A stretch of 64,000 bases of DNA, taken from the NCBI RefSeq assembly GCF_009914755.1, contig NC_060936.1; one strand, written 5' to 3'. The position numbers and the translations under genes were made by a program. The notes beneath the pieces were generated by a model that saw nothing but the letters and a program-made list of their open reading frames with translations, was not told the DNA's origin and ran no database searches. Origin of the DNA: the human T2T-CHM13v2.0 reference genome, Homo sapiens. Positions 53,401 through 64,000 of this stretch are shown here, piece by piece (within the stretch, counting starts at the first letter, position 1; the number at the start of each line of letters is the position of its first letter).

Positions 53401-56400
53401 AGCTTAAACTCCTTGAGTTGAACGCACACATCACAAAGTAGTTTCTGAGAATGATTCTGTCTAGTTTTTATACGAAGATGTTTCCCTTTCTACATTTGGT
53501 CTCAAAGCGATTGAAATCTCCAACTGGAAACTGCACAAATAGGCTGTTTCAAATCTGCTCTGTCTAAAGGAAGGTTCAACTCTGTGAGTTGAATACACAC
53601 ACCACAAATAAGTTACTGAGAATTCTTCTGTCGAACATTACAGGAAGAAATCCCGTTTCCAACGAAGGCCTCAAAGAGGTCCAAATATCCTCTTGCAGAC
53701 ATTACAAACAGTGTGTTTCCCAACTGCTCCATCAAAAGAAAGGTTAAACTCTGTGAGCTGAACACACACATCAAAAAGAAGTTTCTGTGAATGATTCTGT
53801 CTAGATTTTATAAGAAGATGTTTCCTTTTCTACCGTAGGCCTCAAAGCGCTTGAAATCTCCAGCTGCAAATTACACAAAAAGGGTGTTTAACATCTGCTC
53901 TTCTAAAGGAAAGTTCAACTCTATGAGTTGAATACACACAGCACAAAGAAGTTACTGAGACTTCTCCTATCAAACATTATATGAAGAAATCCCGTTTCCA
54001 ACGAAGGCCTCAAAGAGGTCCAAATATCTGCTTGCAGACTTTACAGACAGAGTGTTTCCAAACTGCTCCATCAAAAGAAAGGTTAAACTCCTTGAGTTGA
54101 ACACACACATCACAAAGTAGTTTCTGTGAGTGATTCTGTCTAGTTTTTATACGAAGATGTTTCCTTTTCTACCTTTGGTCTCAAAGCGATTGAAATCTCC
54201 ACAGGGAAACTCCACAAAAAGAGTGTTTCAAATCTGCTCTTTCTGAAGGAAGGTTCAACTCTGTGAGTTGAATACACACACCACAAATAAGTTACTGAGA
54301 ATTCTTCTGTGTAACATTATATGAGGAAATCCCATTTCCAACGAAGGCCTCAAAGAGGTCCAAATATCCACTTGCAGACTTTACAAAGACAGTGTCTCCA
54401 AACTCCTCCATCAAAAGAAAGGTTATACTCTGTGAATTGAACGCACACATCACAAAGTAGTTTCTGAGAATGATTCTGTCTAGTTTTTATACGAAGATAT
54501 TTCCTTTTCTACATTTGGCCTAAAAGCGCTTGAAATCTCCACCTGCAAATATCACCAAAAGAGGGTTTCACATCTGCTCTGTCTAAAGGACAGTTCACCT
54601 CTGTGAGTTGAATAGAGGCAACACAAAGAACTTACTCAGTATTCTTCTTTCTAGCATTCTATGAAGAAATCCCGTTTCCAACGAAGGCCCCAAAGAGGTC
54701 CAAATATGTGCTTGCAGACTTTACAGACAGAGTTTTTCCAAACTGCTCCATCAAAAGAAAGGTTAAACTCCTTGAGTTGAACACACACATCACAAAGTAG
54801 TTTCTGTGAATGATTCTGTCTAGTTTTTATACGAAGATGTTTCCTTTTCTACCTTTGGTCTCAAAGCGATTGAAATCTCCACATGGAAACTCCACCAAAA
54901 GAGTGTTTCAAATCTGCTCTTTCTGAAGGAAGGTTCAACTCTGTGAGTTGAATACAGACACCACAAATAAGTTACTGAGAATTCTTCTGTGTAACATTAT
55001 ATGAGGAAATCCCGTTTCCAACGAAGGCCTCAAAGAGGTCCAAATATCCACTTGCAGACTTTACAAAGACAGTGTCTCCAAACTCCTCCATCAAAAGAAA
55101 GGTTATACTCTGTGAATTGAACGCACACATCACAAAGTAGTTTCTGAGAATGATTCTGTCTAGTTTTTATACGAAGATATTTCCTTTTCTACATTTGGCC
55201 TAAAAGCGCTTGAAATCTCCACCTGCAAATATCACAAAAAGAGGGTTTCACATCTGCTCTGTCTAAAGGACAGTTCACCTCTGTGAGTTGAATAGAGGCA
55301 ACACAAAGAACTTACTCAGTATTCTTCTTTCTAGCGTTCTATGAAGAAATCCCGTTTCCAACGAAGGCCTCAAAGAGGTCAAATATCTGCTTGCAGACTT
55401 TACAGACAGAGTGTTTCCAAACTACTCTATGAAAAGAAAGCTTAAACTCCTTGAGTTGAACGCACACATCACAAAGTAGTTTCTGAGAATGATTCTGTCT
55501 AGTTTTTATACGAAGATGTTTCCTTTTCTACATTTGGTCTCAAAGCGATTGAAATCTCCAACTGGAAACTGCACAAATAGGCTGTTTCAAATCTGCTCTG
55601 TCTAAAGGAAGGTTCAGCTCTGTGAGTTGAATACACACACCACAAATAAGTTACTGAGAATTCTTCTGTCGAACATTACAGGAAGAAATCCCGTTTCCAA
55701 CGAAGGCCTCAAAGAGGTCCAAATATCGACTTGCGGACATTACAAACAGTGTGTTTCCCAACTGCTCCATCAAAAGAAAGGTTAAACTCTGTGAGCTGAA
55801 CACACACATCAAAAAGAAGTTTCTGTGAATGATTCTGTCTAGATTTTATAAGAAGATGTTTCCTTTTCTACCGTAGGCCTCAAAGCGCTTGAAATCTCCA
55901 GCTGCAAATTCCACAAAAAGGGTGTTTAACATCTGCTCTTCTAAAGGAAAGTTCAACTCTATGAGTTGAATACACACAGCACAAAGAAGTTACTGAGACT
56001 TCTCCTATCAAACATTATATGAAGAAATCCCGTTTCCAACGAAGGCCTCAAAGAGGTCCAAATATCTGCTTGCAGACTTTACAGACAGAGTGTTTCCAAA
56101 CTGCTCCATCAAAAGAAAGGTTAAACTCCTTGAGTTGAACACACACATCACAAAGTAGTTTCTGTGAATGATTCTGTCTAGTTTTTATACGAAGATGTTT
56201 CCTTTTCTACCTTTGGTCTCAAAGCGATTGAAATCTCCACATGGAAACTCCACAAAAAGAGTGTTTCAAATCTGCTCTTTCTGAAGGAAGGTTCAACTCT
56301 GTGAGTTGAATACACACACCACAAATAAGTTACTGAGAATTCTTCTGTGTAACATTATATGAGGAAATCCCGTTTCCAACGAAGGCCTCAAAGAGGTCCA

Positions 56401-57402
56401 AATATCCACTTGCAGACTTTACAAAGACAGTGTCTCCAAACTCCTCCATCAAAAGAAAGGTTATACTCTGTGAATTGAACGCACACATCACAAAGTAGTT
56501 TCTGAGAATGATTCTGTCTAGTTTTTATACGAAGATATTTCCTTTTCTACATTTGGCCTAAAAGCGCTTGAAATCTCCACCTGCAAATATCACAAAAAGA
56601 GGGTTTCACATCTGCTCTGTCTAAAGGACAGTTCACCTCTGTGAGTTGAATAGAGGCAACACAAAGAACTTACTCAGTATTCTTCTTTCTAGCATTCTAT
56701 GAAGAAATCCCGTTTCCAACGAAGGCCCCAAAGAGGTCCAAATATCTGCTTGCAGACTTTACAGACAGAGTGTTTCCAAACTGCTCCATCAAAAGAAAGG
56801 TTAAACTCCTTGAGTTGAACACACACATCACAAAGTATTTTCTGTGAATGATTCTGTCTAGTTTTTATAAGAAGATGTTTCCTTTTCTACCTTTGGTCTC
56901 AAAGCGATTGAAATCTCCACATGGAAACTCCACAAAAAGAGTGTTTCAAATCTGCTCTTTCTGAAGGAAGGTTCAATTCTGTGAGTTGAATACACACACC
57001 ACAAATAAGTTACTGAGAATTCTTCTGTGTAACATTATATGAGGAAATCCCGTTTCCAACGAAGGCCTCAAAGAGGTCCAAATATCCACTTGCAGACTTT
57101 ACAAAGACAGTGTCTCCAAACTCCTCCATCAAAAGAAAGGTTATACTCTGTGAATTGAACGCACACATCACAAAGTAGTTTCTGAGAATGATTCTGTCTA
57201 GTTTTTATACGAAGATATTTCCTTTTCTACATTTGGCCTAAAAGCGCTTGAAATCTCCACCTGCAAATATCACAAAAAGAGGGTTTCACATCTGCTCTGT
57301 CTAAAGGACAGTTCACCTCTGTGAGTTGAATACAGGCAACACAAAGAACTTACTCAGTATTCTTCTTTCTAGCGTTCTATGAAGAAATCCCGTTTCCAAC
57401 GA
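44496..57402 (-). repeat. Second mixed 12-mer/8-mer HOR domain
   Basis: Starts are 44496 (12), 46535 (8), 47893 (12), 49931 (8), and 51289, 53327, 55365 (12). Confidence 0.9.
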
Positions 57403-60120
57403 AGGCCTCAAAGAGGTCAAATATCTGCTTGCAGACTTTACAGACAGAGTGTTTCCAAACTACTCTATGAAAAGAAAGCTTAAACTCCTTGAGTTGAACG
57501 CACACATCACAAAGTAGTTTCTGAGAATGATTCTGTCTAGTTTTTATACGAAGATGTTTCCCTTTCTACATTTGGTCTCAAAGCGATTGAAATCTCCAAC
57601 TGGAAACTGCACAAATAGGGTGTTTCAAATCTGCTCTGTCTAAAGGAAGGTTCAACTCTGTGAGTTGAATACACACACCACAAATAAGTTACTGAGAATT
57701 CTTCTGTCGAACATTACTTGAAGAAATCCCGTTTCCAACGAAGGCCTCAAAGAGGTCCAAATATCCACTTGCAGACATTACAAACAGTGTGTTTCCCAAC
57801 TGCTCCATCAAAAGAAAGGTTAAACTCTGTGAGCTGAACACACACATCAAAAAGAAGTTTCTGTGAATGATTCTGTCTAGATTTTATAAGAAGATGTTTC
57901 CTTTTCTACCGTAGGCCTCAAAGCGCTTGAAATCTCCAGCTGCAAATTCCACAAAAAGGGTGTTTAACATCTGCTCTTCTAAAGGAAAGTTCAACTCTAT
58001 GAGTTGAATACACACAGCACAAAGAAGTTACTGAGACTTCTCCTATCAAACATTATATGAAGAAATCCCGTTTCCAACGAAGGCCTCAAAGAGGTCCAAA
58101 TATCTGCTTGCAGACTTTACAGACAGAGTGTTTCCAAACTGCTCCATCAAAAGAAAGGTTAAACTCCTTGAGTTGAACACACACATCACAAAGTAGTTTC
58201 TGTGAATGATTCTGTCTAGTTTTTATACGAAGATGTTTCCTTTTCTACCTTTGGTCTCAAAGCGATTGAAATCTCCACATGGAAACTCCACAAAAAGAGT
58301 GTTTCAAATCTGCTCTTTCTGAAGGAAGGTTCAACTCTGTGAGTTGAATACACACACCACAAATAAGTTACTGAGAATTCTTCTGTGTAACATTATATGA
58401 GGAAATCCCGTTTCCAACGAAGGCCTCAAAGAGGTCCAAATATCCACTTGCAGACTTTACAAAGACAGTGTCTCCAAACTCCTCCATCAAAAGAAAGGTT
58501 ATACTCTGTGAATTGAACGCACACATCACAAAGTAGTTTCTGAGAATGATTCTGTCTAGTTTTTATACGAAGATATTTCCTTTTCTACATTTGGCCTAAA
58601 AGCGCTTGAAATCTCCACCTGCAAATATCACAAAAAGAGGGTTTCACATCTGCTCTGTCTAAAGGACAGTTCACCTCTGTGAGTTGAATAGAGGCAACAC
58701 AAAGAACTTATTCTGTATTCTTCTTTCTAGCATTCTATGAAGAAATCCCGTTTCCAACAAAGGCCCCAAAGAGGTCCAAATATCTGCTTGCAGACTTTAC
58801 AGACAGAGTTTTTCCAAACTGCTCCATCAAAAGAAAGGTTAAACTCCTTGAGTTGAACACACACATCACAAAGTAGTTTCTGAGAATGATTCTGTCTAGT
58901 TTTTATACGAAGATGTTTCCTTTTCTACCTTTGGTCTCAAAGCGATTGAAATCTCCACATGGAAACTCCACAAAAAGAGTGTTTCAAATCTGCTCTTTCT
59001 GAACGAAGGTTCAACTCTGTGAGTTGAATACACACACCACAAATAAGTTACTGAGAATTCTTCTGTGTAACATTATATGAGGAAATCCCGTTTCCAACGA
59101 AGGCCTCAAAGAGGTCCAAATATCCACTTGCAGACTTTACAAAGACAGTGTCTCCAAACTCCTCCATCAAAAGAAAGGTTATACTCTGTGAATTGAACGC
59201 ACACATCACAAAGTAGTTTCTGAGAATGATTCTGTCTAGTTTTTATACGAAGATATTTCCTTTTCTACATTTGGCCTAAAAGCGCTTGAAATCTCCACCT
59301 GCAAATATCACAAAAAGAGGGTTTCACATCTGCTCTGTCTAAAGGACAGTTCACCTCTGTGAGTTGAATAGAGGCAACACAAAGAACTTACTCAGTATTC
59401 TTCTTTCTAGCGTTCTATGAAGAAATCCCGTTTCCAACGAAGGCCCCAAAGAGGTCCAAATATCTGCTTGCAGACTTTACAGACAGAGTGTTTCCAAACA
59501 GCTCCATCAAAAGAAAGGTTAAACTCCTTGAGTTGAACACACACATCACAAAGTAGTTTCTGTGAATGATTCTGTCTAGTTTTTATACGAAGATGTTTCC
59601 TTTTCTACCTTTGGTCTCAAAGCGATTGAAATCTCCACATGGAAACTCCACAAAAAGAGTGTTTCAAATCTGCTCTTTCTGAAGGAAGGTTCAACTCTGT
59701 GAGTTGAATACACACACCACAAATAAGTTACTGAGAATTCTTCTGTGTAACATTATATGAGGAAATCCCGTTTCCAACGAAGGCCTCAAAGAGGTCCAAA
59801 TATCCACTTGCAGACTTTACAAAGACAGTGTCTCCAAACTCCTCCATCAAAAGAAAGGTTATACTCTGTGAATTGAACGCACACATCACAAAGTAGTTTC
59901 TGAGAATGATTCTGTCTAGTTTTTATACGAAGATATTTCCTTTTCTACATTTGGCCTAAAAGCGCTTGAAATCTCCACCTGCAAATATCACAAAAAGAGG
60001 GTTTCACATCTGCTCTGTCTAAAGGACAGTTCACCTCTGTGAGTTGAATAGAGGCAACACAAAGAACTTACTCAGTATTTTTCTTTCTAGCATTCTCTGA
60101 AGAAATCCCGTTTCCAACGA
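57403..60120 (-). repeat. 16-mer HOR variant (ABCDCDCD, 2718 bp)
   Basis: CD tetramers start at 58081, 58761 and 59441 before the next A dimer at 60121. Confidence 0.92.
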
Positions 60121-63100
60121 AGGCCCCAAAGAGGTCCAAATATCTGCTTGCAGACTTTACAGACAGAGTGTTTCCAAACTACTCTATGAAAAGAAAGCTT
60201 AAACTCCTTGAGTTGAACGCACACATCACAAAGTAGTTTCTGAGAATGATTCTGTCTAGTTTTTATACGAAGATGTTTCCTTTTCTACATTTGGTCTCAA
60301 AGCGATTGAAATCTCCACCTGGAAACTGCACAAATAGGGTGTTTCAAATCTGCTCTGTCTAAAGGAAGGTTCAACTCTGTGAGTTGAATACACACACCAC
60401 AAATAAGTTACTGAGAATTCTTCTGTCGAACATTACAGGAAGAAATCCCGTTTCCAACGAAGGCCTCAAAGAGGTCCAAATATCCACTTGCAGACATTAC
60501 AAACAGTGTGTTTCCCAACTGCTCCATCAAAAGAAAGGTTAAACTCTGTGAGCTGAACACACACATCAAAAAGAAGTTTCTGTGAATGATTCTGTCTAGA
60601 TTTTATAAGAAGATGTTTCCTTTTCTACCATAGGCCTCAAAGCGCTTGAAATCTCCAGCTGCAAATTCCACAAAAAGGGTGTTTAACATCTGCTCTTCTA
60701 AAGGAAAGTTCAACTCTATGAGTTGAATACACACAGCACAAAGAAGTTACTGAGACTTCTCCTATCAAACATTATATGAAGAAATCCCGTTTCCAACGAA
60801 GGCCTCAAAGAGGTCCAAATATCTGCTTGCAGACTTTACAGACAGAATGTTTCCAAACTGCTCCATCAAAAGAAAGGTTAAACTCCTTGAGTTGAACACA
60901 CACATCACAAAGTAGTTTCTGTGAATGATTCTGTCTAGTTTTTATACGAAGATGTTTCCTTTTCTACCTTTGGTCTCAAAGCGATTGAAATCTCCACATG
61001 GAAACTCCACAAAAAGAGTGTTTCAAATCTGCTCTTTCTGAAGGAAGGTTCAACTCTGTGAGTTGAATACACACACCACAAATAAGTTACTGAGAATTCT
61101 TCTGTGTAACATTATATGAGGAAATCCCGTTTCCAACGAAGGCCTCAAAGAGGTCCAAATATCCACTTGCAGACTTTACAAAGACAGTGTCTCCAAACTC
61201 CTCCATCAAAAGAAAGGTTATACTCTGTGAATTGAACGCACACATCACAAAGTAGTTTCTGAGAATGATTCTGTCTAGTTTTTATACGAAGATATTTCCT
61301 TTTCTACATTTGGCCTAAAAGCGCTTGAAATCTCCACCTGCAAATATCACAAAAAGAGGGTTTCACATCTGCTCTGTCTAAAGGACAGTTCACCTCTGTG
61401 AGTTGAATAGAGGCAACACAAAGAACTTACCCAGTATTCTTCTTTCCAGCGTTCTCTGAAGAAATCCCGTTTCCAACGAAGGCCTCAAAGAGGTCCAAAT
61501 ATCTGCTTGCAGACTTTACAGACAGAGTGTTTCCAAACTACTCTATGAAAAGAAAGCTTAAACTCCTTGAGTTGAACGCACACATCACAAAGTAGTTTCT
61601 GAGAATGATTCTGTCTAGTTTTTATACGAAGATGTTTCCTTTTCTACATTTGGTCTCAAAGCGATTGAAATCTCCAACTGGAAACTGCACAAATAGGGTG
61701 TTTCAAATCTGCTCTGTCTAAAGGAAGGTTCAACTCTGTGAGTTGAATACACACACCACAAATAAGTTACTGAGAATTCTTCTGTCGAACATTACAGGAA
61801 GAAATCCCGTTTCCAACGAAGGCCTCAAAGAGGTCCAAATATCCACTTGCAGACATTACAAACAGTGTGTTTCCCAACTGCTCCATCAAAAGAAAGGTTA
61901 AACTCTGTGAGCTGAACACACACATCAAAAAGAAGTTTCTGTGAATGATTCTGTCTAGATTTTATAAGAAGATGTTTCCTTTTCTACCGTAGGCCTCAAA
62001 GCGCTTGAAATCTCCAGCTGCAAATTCCACAAAAAGGGTGTTTAACATCTGCTCTTCTAAAGGAAAGTTCAACTCTATGAGTTGAATACACACAGCACAA
62101 AGAAGTTACTGAGACTTCTCCTATCAAACATTATATGAAGAAATCCCGTTTCCAACGAAGGCCTCAAAGAGGTCCAAATATCTGCTTGCAGACTTTACAG
62201 ACAGAATGTTTCCAAACTGCTCCATCAAAAGAAAGGTTAAACTCCTTGAGTTGAACACACACATCACAAAGTAGTTTCTGTGAATGATTCTGTCTAGTTT
62301 TTATACGAAGATGTTTCCTTTTCTACCTTTGGTCTCCTCAAAGCGATTGAAATCTCCACATGGAAACTCCACAAAAAGAGTGTTTCAAATCTGCTCTTTC
62401 TGAAGGAAGGTTCAACTCTGTGAGTTGAATACACACACCACAAATAAGTTACTGAGAATTCTTCTGTGTAACATTATATGAGGAAATCCCGTTTCCAACG
62501 AAGGCCTCAAAGAGGTCCAAATATCCACTTGCAGACTTTACAAAGACAGTGTCTCCAAACTCCTCCATCAAAAGAAAGGTTATACTCTGTGAATTGAACG
62601 CACACATCACAAAGTAGTTTCTGAGAATGATTCTGTCTAGTTTTTATACGAAGATATTTCCTTTTCTACATTTGGCCTAAAAGCGCTTGAAATCTCCACC
62701 TGCAAATATCACAAAAAGAGGGTTTCACATCTGCTCTGTCTAAAGGACAGTTCACCTCTGTGAGTTGAATAGAGGCAACACAAAGAACTTACCCAGTATT
62801 CTTCTTTCCAGCGTTCTCTGAAGAAATCCCGTTTCCAACGAAGGCCTCAAAGAGGTCCAAATATCTGCTTGCAGACTTTACAGACAGAGTGTTTCCAAAC
62901 TACTCTATGAAAAGAAAGCTTAAACTCCTTGAGTTGAACGCACACATCACAAAGTAGTTTCTGAGAATGATTCTGTCTAGTTTTTATACGAAGATGTTTC
63001 CTTTTCTACATTTGGTCTCAAAGCGATTGAAATCTCCAACTGGAAACTGCACAAATAGGGTGTTTCAAATCTGCTCTGTCTAAAGGAAGGTTCAACTCTG

Positions 63101-64000
63101 TGAGTTGAATACACACACCACAAATAAGTTACTGAGAATTCTTCTGTCGAACATTACAGGAAGAAATCCCGTTTCCAACGAAGGCCTCAAAGAGGTCCAA
63201 ATATCCACTTGCAGACATTACAAACAGTGTGTTTCCCAACTGCTCCATCAAAAGAAAGGTTAAACTCTGTGAGCTGAACACACACATCAAAAAGAAGTTT
63301 CTGTGAATGATTCTGTCTAGATTTTATAAGAAGATGTTTCCTTTTCTACCGTAGGCCTCAAAGCGCTTGAAATCTCCAGCTGCAAATTCCACAAAAAGGG
63401 TGTTTAACATCTGCTCTTCTAAAGGAAAGTTCAACTCTATGAGTTGAATACACACAGCACAAAGAAGTTACTGAGACTTCTCCTATCAAACATTATATGA
63501 AGAAATCCCGTTTCCAACGAAGGCCTCAAAGAGGTCCAAATATCTGCTTGCAGACTTTACAGACAGAGTGTTTCCAAACTGCTCCATCAAAAGAAAGGTT
63601 AAACTCCTTGAGTTGAACACACACATCACAAAGTAGTTTCTGTGAATGATTCTGTCTAGTTTTTATACGAAGATGTTTCCTTTTCTACCTTTGGTCTCAA
63701 AGCGATTGAAATCTCCACATGGAAACTCCACAAAAAGAGTGTTTCAAATCTGCTCTTTCTGAAGGAAGGTTCAACTCTGTGAGTTGAATACACACACCAC
63801 AAATAAGTTACTGAGAATTCTTCTGTGTAACATTATATGAGGAAATCCCGTTTCCAACGAAGGCCTCAAAGAGGTCCAAATATCCACTTGCAGACTTTAC
63901 AAAGACAGTGTCTCCAAACTCCTCCATCAAAAGAAAGGTTATACTCTGTGAATTGAACGCACACATCACAAAGTAGTTTCTGAGAATGATTCTGTCTAGT
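60121..64000 (-). repeat. Second run of 1359-bp-haplotype 8-mers, truncated by the window end
   Basis: Starts are 60121, 61480 and 62842, with the same acttaccc/ttctctgaag/ggtccaaa markers as 34983-44495. Confidence 0.9.

Larger units (their letters stand above)
1..64000 (-). repeat. Centromeric alpha-satellite HOR array with SF1-like dimeric structure, single orientation, no interruptions
   Basis: Alphoid motifs (ctctgtgagttgaa, gaatgattctgtctag, aaatcccgtttccaacgaagg) recur with ~170/340-bp periodicity from the first to the last base. The CENP-B box reads on the minus strand throughout. HOR copies differ by only a few bases each. Confidence 0.99.

Noticed and set aside
1-64000. CRISPR-like appearance of the conserved aaatcccgtttccaacgaaggcc motif every ~340 bp
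   Set aside because: The intervening sequences are themselves homologous repeats, not unique spacers. There are no cas genes, and the motif is the CENP-B box.
1-64000. Transposon insertion, inversion or non-satellite island
   Set aside because: HOR start coordinates add up with dimer-sized steps throughout, leaving no room for an insertion, and the orientation never changes.
1-64000. Claim that this window is the CENP-A/kinetochore site or a new biological system
   Set aside because: Kinetochore position is epigenetic and cannot be read from sequence. Everything seen is explained by known alpha-satellite organisation and turnover.

Overview
The whole 64-kb window is one uninterrupted, single-orientation array of primate (almost certainly human) centromeric alpha-satellite DNA. 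It is built from ~170-bp monomers in ~340-bp dimers, with a CENP-B box on the minus strand of every second monomer. The dimer resembles suprachromosomal family 1 (J1/J2). Four dimer types, labelled here A, B, C and D, form a 1358/1359-bp 8-mer higher-order repeat (HOR) with single HindIII, PvuII and XbaI sites. This best fits the chromosome 12 live array D12Z3 (S1C12H1L), an assignment from recall that I could not verify. By eye I count 38 HOR units: 19 8-mers (one starting with a C/A hybrid dimer), 16 12-mers (ABCDCD, ~2038 bp), one 10-mer, one 16-mer and a truncated last unit. I see no genes, RNA genes or transposon insertions, and the single ORF looks like a chance product of local mutations. 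I found no evidence of a new biological system. The interesting content is the array's history, readable from shared variants: a ~26.5-kb macro-duplication, nested 4076-, 2717-, 2038- and 1359-bp tandem duplications, hybrid junctions, haplotype blocks and unevenly distributed CENP-B box mutations. All counts and coordinates were read manually and may be off by a few bases.
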